NCBI RefSeq assembly: GCF_964194025.1
Contig: NC_134471.1
Location: 61,628,001-61,692,000, forward strand
Direction: 5' to 3'
DNA: 64,000 nt
Origin: Convolutriloba macropyga
Taxonomy: Eukaryota
In this document: one piece after another, positions 24,634 to 38,222 of the stretch
Position numbering within the stretch: position 1 is the stretch's first letter
How the letters are laid out: each line of letters starts with the position of its first letter
Notes under the pieces: model-generated
Databases searched by the model: none
What the model was told of the DNA's origin: nothing
The model's input: only the letters and a program-made list of their open reading frames with translations
Position numbers and translations under genes: made by a program

Positions 24634-27600
24634 ATGAGCCAAGCAGCGTCTACAGAGACAAGTTCCAGAAGGAGGCGTGCCAATTCACGACAGCTCAACA
24701 AGATCTTTGATGAATGGGATAGACTTAGCCAGCCATTTAACGAAGACGAGCTCAGATTGGCCCTCTCCGAAGCTACTGAATGCTTCAAAATTCAACAGCA
24801 ACTAGACGAATCCTATTTGGAAACAGTGCAGGATGATCAGTACGATACAGAATTCGATCTGGTTCAAGACAAGCACACAGTAGTCCGCAAGAAACTATTT
24901 CAAATGGGAAAAGCCATGGACAAATTTTAGCTGCAAAAGGTGGACGAAAACGTGACTATGAATACGTTTTTCGGAGATGCAACACAGCACTAGCCGCATG
25001 TTGCAAAGCTACCACAGATACAGCTACCCAAATTCGATGGCAAATTCACTTACTGGATAGCCTTTATCGACCAATTCGATACAGCCGTGCACCTCAACAC
25101 AAAATTGTCAAACAGCCAGCGACTTGTTTATCTAAAAAGTTGCTTATCAGGTCCCCTGAAAAACTAATAAAAAGCCTATCATCAACTGACAGCAACTACG
25201 AGACTGCAAGAAATCTACTCGAGCAGCGATACAAAAACGATCGCATAATTCTACGCACATTGCAAGCTAGGGCTGTTGATTTCAAGCCTTTGAGAGCAGA
25301 AAGCAAATACCGACTCCGTCTGCTACAAAGTACTTTCAATTAAGTAACTCAGTCGATTCACTCACTTGGCCGACAAGTTGATAACGACATGTGGCACTAT
25401 CTTCTTTTCACAAAATTGGATGTCGACTCTCAGAAAGCATGGGAACTCAAAAATGAAGGCACTGAATGTCTTAAATTTGACGAACTGATGACCTTTCATG
25501 ACAACAGAGTAACATCGATGGAAATGCTAAACGATCCTTTTCCCCCCAAACAACTGCACGTCACTGGACGGGATGAGCGATCGAAGCAAGGCTTCAAACA
25601 TCCTTGTGTCGTGACTCAATGCAAGGAATGCCATGCTCCGTGGGCTTGCTCAAAATTCAAGGACCTTTCAGCGAAAGATAAGCAGTCTGCCATAGCCGCC
25701 AGTAGGTCCTGTCAAAATTGCTTGAGATTCAATCACGAAAGTGACCAATGTTCGTCACAGTCTAGATGCAAAACATGTCAGGGTAAGCATCATACATTTT
25801 TTCATGAGGCTTTCAATGCTACACTAGGCACACATGCTTGTAATTTGACTCAAAAATCTTCCCAAATGACTATTTTACCAGCTGCTCGTGTTCAAGTAAT
25901 TGGTAGAAACAAACAAATACACAATCTAAGAGCATTGTTAGACACAGGAGCTCATATCAATGCAGTTACAGCGAAAGTCTGCAAGACACTGGGATTAGAA
26001 CCAAAACCTTCCAATGAAAGAATCATAGGTGTCAATCAGAAAGACTCAATGCCTGTTGACGGTTCTCTCAAACTTAAAATTATTCCCAAAACAGGGGAAA
26101 ATATTACTCTCAACTGCGTAGTGCTGAAGACAACTACAGCCAGTGAAAATCCAAATCAGCCCCTTTCAGAGACTGACTACGCAGACTTGGGCAATTACGA
26201 TTTGGCTGATGATCAATTTCGGCAACCAGGCGGAATAGACATACTACTCGGTGTTTCTGCATACACACAGATAATAAAAGGACGAATACTGAAACAAGGT
26301 TCCTTATGCCTCACAGAAACTACGCTAGGCTGGACAGTTTCAGGATTAGCTAACCTAGAATCAGAAAATAAACCTGATGTAAATTTGAATGCAATATGCC
26401 TGCTTGACAACGAAATCAAGTCCTTTGCCAAATTTTGGGAAATCGAAGATGTTCCAGCACTTCCCTCAGCCATGTTCACTCCCAAAGAATTGGCGTGCAT
26501 TAATCACTATGACACGACAACAACATATGGCCAAAATGGAAGGCCTCAAGTTTGACTACCAATTGGCCAACATGAAGCCATTTTTGATCCAGACGGTCAG
26601 GAATGGTTGCCCGACATTGGAGAATCATCTCGAATCATCCTCAGACAATTTTTGGGTAACGTAAACAAGCTTTCACGAAACGCAGATGCCCAAACTCAAT
26701 AGACAGAATTCTTTCAAGAGATGATTGAGACAGGACATTTAGAACCAGTGCCTGAAAGCTACCATAATCTGCCATCCGAGAAACACTTTGTGATGCCACA
26801 TCACGCAGTATGGAAATCAAGCTCTACGACTACAAAATGCAGAGCAGTTTTCAACGCATCAGCAAAAACAACGAACGGAAGAAGTCTCGACGATTGCCTC
26901 CTGGTTGGTCCGAAATAGCAGCCCGACTTTTTTGAGATACTGATTCAATTTCGTCTCCATCGCATTGCTTTATCAGGTGATATCACAAAAATGTACCGCC
27001 AAATCGAACTAAACGAAAAGGACCGTAACTTTCATCAGATGTATTGGCGAAGTAGTCAAAAGCAACCAATAAAGAAGTACCGTATGACACGAGTCATATA
27101 CGGCGTTTCTTCTAGCTCATACCACGCCATCAGGGCACTACGTGATACAGCAAAAGATGCTCCATCAATTCATTGCAAAAATTCATTACTCAACTCATTT
27201 TATGTTGATGACCTTCTTGGTGGCGGTGACACACAAGAGCAAGTCATTGGCCTGTTCAAAGACATTAGAACTACTCTAGAACTCGTTGGGATGTCTATTC
27301 GCAAGTAGGCAAGCAACTCACATGAGGTTATGGAAGCCATTTCCCCGGAGCTACAAGAAAACAAAGATCTTTTCATCGGTGAACATGACCACACCATCAA
27401 AACCCTTGGTCTCAACTGGCAGCCCAAAACCGACACTTTCTACTTCAATAGACCCCAAAGTCAGTGCAGCGTTGTTACAATGAATCTGCCCGAACACGAA
27501 GAAACAGTTATTGAGTGTCCATCAGTCGAACTTGACGAGTTTCAAAAATCGGACTTTCCACAATTAGTGGTCAACTTTGACTGTAAAAACTAAAGGAAAT

Positions 27601-30600
27601 CCATTTATTGGACTCTCACGCTTCTAATCATGCAACTCCCCATGTTTGCCCGATTAATTCAATGCAATTTTTAACAGGGTTTAATCAAGAAAAAAACATC
27701 AAAAATCCCACAAAAAGGCGAAAAAACGGTCAAAACTGGTGTCGACAAAAATCTGCAAAAAACGCCCATTGGCGATTTCCGAGATGTTGTCTCACTGATA
27801 GCTGCCCGAAGTCATCCGAGCTTTCAGAACCTGAAAATAACTACTCAAACACAGAAAACCAAAAAACCGAAAAACAAAAATTAGTGGTCACGTTTGAGGA
27901 CAAAATTTTCGCAAAAAATGAAAAATTTGGTAGTGAAAAACAATACCATTCGAAAACTGGACCATGCCCGATACTTTTCGGTCAAAAAGATTCCAGGTCC
28001 AACAAACGTATGTTCGACAAAAGATCGCCGAAGCCGCAGCCGAATCAAAAAACTGGTCGAAATAAAGAAGGTAAAAAATCAACTTTTACTTCATCTAACA
28101 AAAGAATGTTGATAGATTCAGTTAACAGCAACTTGCCCCATCCTGAAAATGTACATATAACCACCAGAAGAGCAATATCTAGCAATATGGGTAAAATATT
28201 TGACCCTATCGGTCTCCTAACACCAGTAACGCTTCAATGCAAAATTCTTTTCCAAATGACTTGGAAACATGAAATTGGATGGGATGATGATAATGGGGCA
28301 ACCATAACTGACCAATTTACAGATTGGATGATTGGATTACATCATCTATCTGAGCTACGTATACCACGCTTTGTGGCCAACTTCGCTATTGAAAAAATAC
28401 AATTTCACTCATTTTGCGATGCTTCTGGAAAAGCGTACGGAGCTGCTATATATGCCCGATCACTGGGAGCATCTCAGACCAAGTCTACCTTGCTATGTTC
28501 CAAGTCCAGATTAGCGCCCTGAAAAACACTCAGCATACCGAGACTTGAACTGTGCTCAGTGGTTCTAAGAGCGCAGATGATACAAACAGTTCAGACAACG
28601 GTAAACCAAAATGGATTTACAACTGAAATATATGCTCGGAGCGATTCAACAGTTGCCTTAGCTTGGATTAATTCTACCCCTAGCCGATTCTCAACATTCA
28701 TAGCTAACCGTGTGGCCAAAGTCCAATAATAATTCAACCAAAAAAATTGAGATACGTGCCGACAGAAGAAAATCTACTACGCGCCGATCATACTACGCGC
28801 CCGGTGCCAGCAAAACAGCTTTCATCCCTTAGAATGTGGTGGGAAGGCCCACAATGGCTCTCTGATGGAAAGCTGACTATCCCAAAACAACCAGAAATTC
28901 TTTAGTCAACAGAAGTAAAGAAGGAAGTAGTGCGGAGCCAAATATTAACAATAGATTCGGGCACTATTCCCGAACCTGTGGGGGAGGAAAACGACCCGCT
29001 CAATGATCAAAACATAGAGCAGTCGAATCACCAAATCGACCAATTATTCCCTATTGAACGTTACGGAAGTCTCGACAAAGCAATAAAGAGTAGCAAAGCA
29101 AGTCCTAAAGTTTGCTTACATTTCGCTTAAAAAGCCAATTGAGAGAAAAGAATTCAAGCGACAAGCATTAAATATGCTTGTTAGAGATGTGCAGAAGCAA
29201 AACTATATTGGTGAAATATACAAATTGCAGAAAAGCCAAAGCATAAGCCGAAAATTGAGAATCCTTCAACTTTATCCCTTCATAGATGAAGAAAGAGTTT
29301 TGAAGGTTGGTGGACGTCTAGTAGCAGCAGATTGCTTGAATGAATCTGCCAAATTTCAATCAATTTTGCCTTACAAAAATCATCTTTCGAGGTTAATCGT
29401 ACTTGACAGTCATCAGCGAGTGTTACATTCAGGTGTAAACGCAACAGTTGTTCATACGCGTCAGAAGTTCTGGGTAATTCGAGTGAAAACGCTGACAAGG
29501 TCTATAGTTGGAAACTGCATCACATGTTTTCGGTTTAATGGCCGTAACCTTTCTCAACTCCTAGGCGACCTACCACAAGAACGAGTCAACCCAGCTCCAC
29601 CATTCAGTAACGTGGGCATAGACTTCGCCGGTCCAATGCCTTACAGATGTGACAAGACTGAAGCCAAATGTTATTTGGTAGTCTTCGTATGCTTCGTTAC
29701 AAAAGCCATTCATTTGCATGTCACTAAAGCATTGGATACACAGGAATGCATGAAAGCTATTAGACGGTTTATTTCTCGACGAGGATGCCCAGCTCGCATA
29801 TTTTCAGATAATGGTACAAACTTTATAGGATCATTGAATGATCTCATAAAACTCTAAAGGATACTGAAAGAGAAATACGGAACTGATTGTTTACCTCAAG
29901 CTGTTCTAGATTTAGGCATCAACTGGTCAACAATTCCAGCCAAAGCTTCACATTTTGGTGGACTATGGGAAGCAGGAGTCAAATCGATGAAGCTACTGCT
30001 GTTCAAAACAATCGGAACAGCAGCTAACCTCTATTTGGATGAAGTATATACAATGCTATGCCAAGTCGAAGCTGTACTTAACTCGAGACCGCTCACAGTT
30101 GTCTCAGATGATGCAAAAGACAGTTATCCCTTAAACCCTGCTATGCTATTAACTGGCTTTCATAATCATCAATTGCCTTTGGTTGTTTCCCCAATCCCAA
30201 AAACAAAAGATGAGGAAGATCCAAAAAAGCGCTTTCAATACTTGCAGAAACTCATAGCAGAATTTTGGAAGAAATGGACAACTGAATATTTATCCCAATT
30301 GCAGACCAGGCCAAAGAACATGGCCGAAAAGCAAAACCGGACAAAAGGAGATTTAGTGTACAACAGATGACAACAGTCCTCCCTTATCATGGCCTCTGGG
30401 AATTGTGCATGAAACATACAGGAAATGACAATTTGGACAGAGTAGCCAAAATAAAAACAGGAAATGGCAAATTCTCAATCAGACAGACCCCTAGTAAAAC
30501 TCAGAAAGATACCAATCAACACAAGCTAACCTCAATCCAGAAGCTCTGGAAAATGGTCCTGCAGAAAGGAGCCAACTCGATCCCGCCTGCCGTCCTTCCC

Positions 30601-30726
30601 ACGAGCACACTTTCGGTACCTGTGTACCCGGACACGGGAAGACTTGACAACCGGAAGTTGGATTCTCACAAGCCGCACTTCGCGAGCACTAAACTTGGTC
30701 CAAATATGATTCTTTTTGTAATATGA
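24634..30726 (+). pseudogene. BEL/Pao gag-pol polyprotein with many stops and frameshifts
   Basis: LPKFDG..W..F gag domain, three Cys/His knuckles (e.g. CQNCLRFNHESDQC, CKTCQGKHHTFFH), protease ALLDTGA, RT PHHAV..K..TTKCRAVFNAS and YVDD, RNase H FCDASGKAYGAAIY, integrase H/H/C/C, IDFAGP, SDNGTNF, WEAGVK. Stops at 26553, 26916, 27306, 29855 among others. Confidence 0.93.
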
Positions 30727-30819
30727 GGTTGAATAGCGGTTGATGCTATCAAAAACTGACATATGATCTGAAGTAATTTTTCATATTTTTTTGATGCCAT
30801 ACATCAACGGGGGCGGCAA

Positions 30820-31032
30820 TGTATAAACATATAAATTACTCAACGCATGTAATGACTTTTGATGTTACTCGCTGAGCCTGATTTTGTTCAATTGTGTAAA
30901 CATACGCAAAATTTCCCGCTTAAAATTCACTCGCTTTGTTTAGCTACTAATTTCTCTTGATTCACAAGCCATTCAATTCAATATTTAATTCAATCCTTTA
31001 TTTACATAGTAAACAGCTATCGCGAACGTACA
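30820..31032 (+). repeat. 3' LTR
   Basis: 213 bp, preceded by the purine tract and followed by TSD GTGAC. Confidence 0.95.
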
Positions 31033-32875
31033 GTGACTTTTACACTTCTTTAATTGATAAAATGTCAGTAGTATTTATGTTTTCCACGTTAATTGTTCTT
31101 TTTGTTTACCTGTTACTTAGCCGTTTTATACTTTTTACTTGGTCAAACAAACATTTTTTTCACTTTACTTTATTTCATAGCTTAATGAAAGTTTTGCGTT
31201 GAATGAATTTTGTGTAATGAATTCTTTTCACCTGTTCAGGCAAATTTTACGCTTTTATCACTCTGCTCAAAGTGCTTTCAAACGGAATTTTTTAACAATG
31301 CGTTCTAAAGGGTACGGAGTCTATATTGAAAGACGAAACCAAAAATGAACGAGATAAATCTATAATTACCTGTTTTTACATGCCAAGAATTTATAGCCCA
31401 TGTTAATCGATATTGATATTACTCCTGTATCATCTCTTCGAGAAACAAGAGTATGTCTAGCTAAAAAAATTCCAGTCAAAATCGCTCGCACTTTTTTGTA
31501 CAACCAATTTTTTCTCTTTCAATCTTGGTTATGGAATCAATGGTGTCTATTTTGCGGCAATCTGCTTGGTGTTTTTTATAATCCTGCTAATCTTATAACT
31601 TTCTTTAATCTTTGCACTAATCTTTATGACTTTCCTTCAGATGTACAAAAATCATCATGACTAAAGCAAGACAAATTACATGTACATTTTGATTAATTTT
31701 AGTGCTTTTGCATCTTCTTTATCTTCTTTTCAATTTTAATCGATGTCAGGGGAATCAATTGCTGTTTTTTTTTTCGACGATCATTCGTCTTTTTTGTGTT
31801 TTTTGGCTTTTTGATGTTAGTTTAATGAAGTTTAACTTTCAATAAAGAAAACACCCATGAGGGAAGCAGCAAAGTCAGCAAAAAGACTACAAGGAAAACA
31901 ACGTTTTCAGTGAGTTTAGACTTTAAATTTTGGTGTCGTTAGTCGCAGAAGATTTCACTTTGTAACATCTTTGAAAGGTAAATTTGGTCGCTAATGTAAA
32001 CCATTATCGTACTTACTATACACAAACGAAATGCTCTACGTTTTTGGTGTTTTCAACTTTTGCTGTCACTATTTATGCAAAATTTGATTCCTCTGTTTCA
32101 ATTGTTTTCGGTGAATTCCTGATTGTAGTCAACTCTGCCTCAGTGCAACTTTACTTGATGCACAATTCAGTTCATACATCGAAAATTTTTAATTAAGTGG
32201 TTGTAACTATGCATTAGAAAATATTCCTACGACGCCTAGTATAATTAGAGAACCAAGCATGAACAATAATTTTACGCTGGAACCAAGAGGCAGTCGAAAC
32301 GAATAGGTAGTTTGTAGCGAAATGAGAAAAAGGCAAGTGGGTAGAGTACGGCAATTTCGGCTCAATTGGATACCCTACTTAGCTGAAGTGTAGTTGGTAT
32401 GTGCTGCTAATCTATATTTCACAAAAGTAATCCGAAGGATTTTGATCAACGAGTTGCGATCCAATGATAGGTTGTGGTTGCACTTGTACAACTCAGAAGG
32501 CGTGTTAACTAAAAAATTTTCCTATACTTAATGCAATTGTTATCGCAACAGGAGTCAATTAATTAATATTTCCACATTGCTAGCGAGAAGATAACCAGCT
32601 CAAGTTGACTAACAACGACTGGGCGATAGCAATCATTTTGTAATATTTTTAATCAACTCGTTTTATGGCTCTAACAGTTGAGCAACTTACACCATTTGGT
32701 TGATTAGAGTACCCAGGGTAAAAAATAATCAGACGCTAAAAGATGAAGGCAGGTCCAACTTCTCATTAATCTGGAGATGTTTGGTAAAAACGCTCGTGAA
32801 GCAGTATGTGGTATATAAAATTTTTCTACCCTTCCGCTATGCTTTCAGCTCTAGCTAATTTTGCATTCATTGTTT

Positions 32876-33260
32876 TTAATTTCTCTCGAACAAAGTAAAC
32901 GTGTTGATCTTTTTTATGCAAAATTTTTGCTTGGCCGTTTTGAAGTTTCGAGTGACTTTTCGAGCGCTCTTGACTTTAAGTTTTACGTGATCTAAATTTC
33001 TCTCTCATTCACAAATGCCTGGCTGAACTCAAGTGGCGACAGTTCACTACTTAAAGTCAAATGAACGGCGGGCCGAAATCAGTGTAATTTTTTTACTTCA
33101 ACTTTCATTAGTCATTGTGGTATATAATAACCTCAAACGTCATTTGAAGCACCTTAGTGAGTTGAGTTACCCAATTCCATCCCCCAGACTGAAGCAGGCT
33201 ATAATTGATTTGAGCTCGCACTGGTCTGAGCTATTCTTCCGACTTTAGTCGGTTATGTTT
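32876..33260 (+). mobile_element. Helentron/DINE-like element, family C
   Basis: 5' ttaatttctctcgaac...ttttatgcaaaatttttgcttg; 3' gagctattctt + CCGACTttAGTCGG + ttatgttt. Confidence 0.62.
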
Positions 33261-33530
33261 AAATGAGAATTTGTTGCAAATAAGATCACCTCAGAAATTT
33301 CAATATAGATTGGAAGTTTTTGAATCGAAGATTGGGGACGGCAGTGGTATTTGAATGAATATATATAACTTGTATAGCGCCGGAAAACCACATAAAGGTG
33401 TATCAAAGTTTCCTCAGTTTTGTAACACTGAGTGGATTTTGATGTGTTTGTACGCTCCTGTTCTCTTAAGAAGTTAGATAATTCTTATCCCCTCTCGGCA
33501 CTTGTATTCAGTTCTTGGTCCCAAGCGCTC

Positions 33531-33682
33531 NNNNNNNNNNNNNNNNNNNNNNNNNNNNNNNNNNNNNNNNNNNNNNNNNNNNNNNNNNNNNNNNNNNNNN
33601 NNNNNNNNNNNNNNNNNNNNNNNNNNNNNNNNNNNNNNNNNNNNNNNNNNNNNNNNNNNNNNNNNNNNNNNNNNNNNNNNNN
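33531..33682. other. Assembly gap (152 N)
   Basis: Run of N. Confidence 1.
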
Positions 33683-33835
33683 TCTGATATATACATAGAG
33701 AATCAAATGGGTAAAAATAGACAGGCACTCAAACTTCGAGGCAGCTCAGCTTAGTCAATTAGCCAAATCTTGGAAAAACACGTGAAAAACACGTAGACAA
33801 TGTAATTATGCTTCTACCGCCCATTTATTGCCCAC

Positions 33836-36800
33836 TTATTGTTCCGAACCCCACTTTAGTGGGGAGGGAGGAACTATATACTCAACTGGGTTTTTTTTGT
33901 TCAGTCAATTTTGGCCGATCGATATATTCATCGTAGAGAATTTTGAGTGGTATCATTAAAAAGCCCGTCCAGCGTAGAATACGGAATTAAAAAGGTTTCG
34001 TCAATTTTCTTTTTTTACAGGGAGTTATCGAGGTTTAAAGTTTTGTGAACATTCGACTGCTTTTGTTCACATTTTCAGTAATTTTTGCTAAAATTTGGCA
34101 CAATTTCGCTAATGTAATTCAAAATAAATCAAAATTTCTAACGGCAGAGTGTTGTTGTTACCGTTAGAGAAAGAAAAAGGTTGCTGAATTGTTTGATTGA
34201 AGTTTTTTTTGGCTAAAATTTTTTATAAAATTCTCAAAATTCAAACTTTCATCAAAAATGGCACAAAATATGCTTTTTTGGTCCACGTTTTTAAAGGTGG
34301 CCAAACTTAGTGACCTAGAAACCTTAACACAGACTCTATAATCTCAAAAAGAGCGCTAGTTGTAATTAGGTGCCTTATGAAAGTCTTCTGGAATTAAAAC
34401 TTTACCGTTTTTTGCAGATTTAACTCGATAATTATACAAAATGCATCGTTGTTTTTTTAATATTTGAAGAATTCCACTCAACAATTGATCTAATCCGCAA
34501 ACTTAGAACACTTGGTCGTTTTGCTGGGTGGAAAACAAAATCAGGGAGAGGTTCGATGATATCATGGTTTTTGGTTTTTATTTTGGTTTTTATTTTGATG
34601 CTGCCTTTTTTCAAAATATTTTGCTTTTGTTTTTTTAATGTTAATTACTGACAATATTTTTTATTCACGGCTCCGTTAATGACAGCTAAATTTTACGAAA
34701 ATTTGAGGTCAAATGTAGATACAGTTTGTTTTAAGGAATCCAATGGGTTTTTATAGCTTTCAGGAGGAGTTTTAGTAAAAATTAACTGAATTCTTGTCTT
34801 TCTTTTGCCTTCAATTGTTGTTCTTTGGCAGTCTGATTTTTAAGTTTAACAACTCAAAGATTTAACTTTCTTCCTCAAGAATTGCAAGTGAACCTTTTTC
34901 ATTCTTTCGGTTGTTACCTAAAGTCTCTTATGTTATTGAATGTATTTGTTTTAATGAAATTTCTGTGATTTTTTGAACTTGTCAAATTTTTGTTATTTTA
35001 GTCAACAGTTTGCTTATTGTCAGGAAGTTCAGTTCACCTTTTCTTCCTTATAGAATGAAAACTAATTTCGTGGCCGATTGTTTTAAACGAAGGTTTTCTT
35101 GCTTTTGGTACTACGAGTTTTCATACAAAATTTTCCGACTTTTGTGCATAATCGCCCATTTTTGCTGTTGTTTTTGTTTCTTTTGTAAATTATCATTTTA
35201 TTTAACAATCTAACTGAAAAAAGCTTTACAACATTTGAAACTGAGCATATTTCTTGTTTTAATAACATATGGTTTGAAGGGCTGCGACGCCGTTCTCTTG
35301 TAGAAATTGGTAGAGTTTTTTGTTTTTGCCCTGTTTTCTTGTTAATTTTTGTTGTCATATGCCAGATATTGTTTAATTAAACGTCTCAGTGGCCAACTAT
35401 AGATGAACAAATGAACTTAAAAACTGATATTGGTAAATAGCTAATGGTTGTTTTGACTTTCGAATTAAATTTCTAAAAAAAAAGAGTAATAGTATTCTTC
35501 AACTTATCACTTTGTTCTGGTTTGCGTTTTTTTTTCGTATTTTACTTTGTTGTATCATTTCGTAAATTAGCCTCATTATTTAGAGCTCTTTTTAATGTTT
35601 TGTTGAATCAAACAATAATTTTTCTGTTCTTTAAACGTTTTAAATGATGTCTTCAGGGCTTAGACAATTTGAATCAGAAGACTTATTTGAAGTTTAGTTA
35701 CTTTTCAGTTTTTGTGGTTCTTTTTGTTGTGATTTTGTGATAGTCGTTTTACAAAAAGACGTTATGATGATCAAAAGAAACGCAAATGAAGATGTTATAT
35801 TCTCGCGGTTAATAACTTATAAATTTAATGGCTTCAAAACTGTGGTTTCGTAAAGTTGCTTGTGAAACTTATTAGTTCAGATTGTATTTAATGTGATTTT
35901 ATAGTCTTATGGTTTACTCTCATTAAAAACAGTTGCAATTATTTTTCCGAGCAGTTGCAAGAAAACTGTTTACTTTTTTAGTCGAAAGCTTTTGTTGGCT
36001 ATGAATTTTGAAAATATTTGTTTTTAATAAAAAGGAGATTTTTGAGATCTGCCAATTTTATTTAAGATAAATTGTAGCTAAGCATCTCTATATACAATTC
36101 ATATCTTTTATCTATTAAAATACAATTTGCTCTTAAAAACAGTTTTATTTTCCTCAAATGGTCTTTCTTCTTGGAACAACCAGTTTTCATAAAACCAATT
36201 TTCGTGATTTTGATATATTTGCACCTTTTGTAGGTTTTTGTTTTCTTTTCACAGTATCACAATAATGGGCATCGTTTGATTTACAAATGTTGTAACCTGC
36301 AAAAAATGCAAACGAAGATTTTGTTTTTAGTGATCAGCGTAATATTTAATTGATTGGGGGACATCGTTTTTGTGCATAATTTTTCGTGCAAATTTTTTGT
36401 TTTTTGCCTGTATTTGTCGTTCTTTTTGTAGTCCTATGGAATATCCTGGATAATGAAAGGCCTCCGTCGCGCTCTATTGAGGTATAAAATACTCTCTCAA
36501 TGATTTCATTTGATGCGTAATGTTTCTAATCAGTTCGAATTTAATTCTTTTTTTTTAAAAAAAAAAGCATTGTTTTAATAAACTTTGCCCCTTTTGCTTA
36601 TTTCTAGTCGACTTGTTGCGAAGTCGCATTGAGGAAAAGTCCCATATTTTGTTCCAAAAAAGTATCGGTTAATCCTCTTAGTATAAATTTTATCTGATGC
36701 CATTTTGATTTGGTTATTAGTGGTTTTCAAAAGATGGACAAGGAGTTTTAGTCGTAATTAATATTTGTAACTATTTGATTTTTATTGCTGTCTTTTCTGG

Positions 36801-36997
36801 TAGTCATATTATGGTAGCCACAGGTCTCATAGGCCCTCTAGAGTAGATTGTTTTGTTCTTTTAGACATCTGTTGAACGATATGTTGATATGTTAATTTTT
36901 TTGTCTCTTCCTCATTTGGTAGACAATTAAGTGAAAAATGTAGATGAGCGGGGTCGGAACTTAATGTGCGAACGCACATTACCGAGCCGCCTTGTTT
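33836..36997 (+). mobile_element. Helentron/DINE-like element, family B (~3.2 kb)
   Basis: 5' ttattgttccgaaccccactttagtgggg..ggaac; 3' ggggtcggaac + AATGTGCGaaCGCACATT + gccttgttt. Confidence 0.72.
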
Positions 36998-37730
36998 ACT
37001 CTCAGGTCAAGTTTGCTTGCCTTTTTCAGTTACCTCCTTCACTCAGTAAAATTTGGTTCACTTTTGAATCATTATCAGTGTCGAGACAAAGCTGCTTGTT
37101 TCTTATGCTTTGATTCGCTATATACATTAGAGTATAATTCATAGTCCCCCTTGTGCCTTACGTAACTTTTGTTCTAACGTACTCGAGGAATCAAATGGTG
37201 AAAAATTACGAGTTTTTGTTAACACTTGAGAAACAGTCAAAATTATGTTTCTGCTAGTGCGAGAATGCGTTGAGGGTAACTAATCGGAGCAAGAAACTTA
37301 AACCAATCCGCCGTAAAGACAATTCCATTGGTTATATGTTTTCTACCTGCATTTTATTTGACAAGTTGATTATCCTTCTTGTGTTTTTTGTTAAAAATAC
37401 ACATAAAGCAGCGCGTACGAAAAAATCCTTGCATCATGCATTGAATTTTCTGCTAATTTTCCGGTCCTAACGTAGCAGCCCTCTCTATACTTGTTATCGT
37501 GGTTTTTGAATCAGATTTTCATGGAATGAATGAACTCTCATGAGACTAAGTGATAGATTAGATATACGTCAATTATTCGCCTAGAGGCCACATAAGGGTA
37601 AATCAAAATTTACTCCGATTTTCAAATACTGCGGTTAAACTTGATGTAGTTTTCGCGTCTGGTCCTCTAAATAAGTAGACCATAATTGCCCCCTCGGGCT
37701 GTTAAGATTTATGTTCTGACATATACTTAG

Positions 37731-37865
37731 ACCGTTGGGATGAAAACAGTGAGGATGAAAGGAATGGCATCAAATCGTTGTTTAATCTCGAAACATACTT
37801 TATTTGGTTGTATTCATTGGGAGCTGCCTATTTTGAACGAGCTTTTCCTGTAACATTACGAACCC
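37731..37865 (+). CDS. Tentative upstream exon of the helicase-like gene (phase 1-1; start exon not found)
   Basis: ctgac branch point plus tacttag acceptor; open frame (D)RWDENSEDERNGIKSLFNLETYFIWLYSLGAAYFERAFPVTLRT; donor C|GTAAGT. Could be UTR. Confidence 0.45.
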
Positions 37866-37968
37866 GTAAGTTTAGTTCGAGTTATATCTTTTAACTTGGT
37901 CTTGCTTACATCCTTTGAAGCAAGTTTTGCGTTGTGAAATTATGAATTACCATGATCAATTTGAACAG

Positions 37969-38034
37969 ATTTTACGCTGAACTCAACGTACCCGTTTTAT
38001 GGAGAACTGGCAAGCTTGTATCTGGATTTTCTCG
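37969..38034 (+). CDS. Tentative small exon of the helicase-like gene (phase 1-1)
   Basis: aacag acceptor, HFTLNSTYPFYGELASLYLDFL, donor G|GTAAGT; frame-compatible with an acceptor at 38253. Confidence 0.45.
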
Positions 38035-38222
38035 GTAAGTTCTTGGTCACTTTGCTAGAATTTTTAACAATTAAAGTTATATCGATTTGCAGTTTATTCA
38101 CTTAAAGTTTAAGGAAAGGGAGTTCGGATGTAACGAGTGTTGAGAAAGTAGTCTTTGTCAGGTATATTTCTATCAAAACTTTTTTCAGAATTGGATTAAT
38201 TCTCACGCGTCAGATTTATGCA

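Larger units (their letters stand above)
22832..25727. repeat. Tandem duplication, period 1449 bp (host flank + LTR + gag)
   Basis: 22832-24279 versus 24281-25727. Confidence 0.95.
24400..31032 (+). mobile_element. BEL/Pao LTR retrotransposon, full length but decayed
   Basis: 213-bp TGT...ACA LTRs at 24400-24612 and 30820-31032; 5-bp TSD GTGAC at 24395-24399 and 31033-31037; TGGTCC PBS-like site after the 5' LTR; purine tract GGGGGCGGCAA before the 3' LTR; gag-PR-RT-RH-IN order. Confidence 0.96.

Noticed and set aside
33432-33754. ORFs spanning the N run
   Set aside because: Artefacts of translating the gap.
38162-38188. 27-nt micro-intron (AG|GTATAT...TTTTTCAG)
   Set aside because: Very short, in frame without a stop, and an acceptor at 38253 explains the exon phases better.
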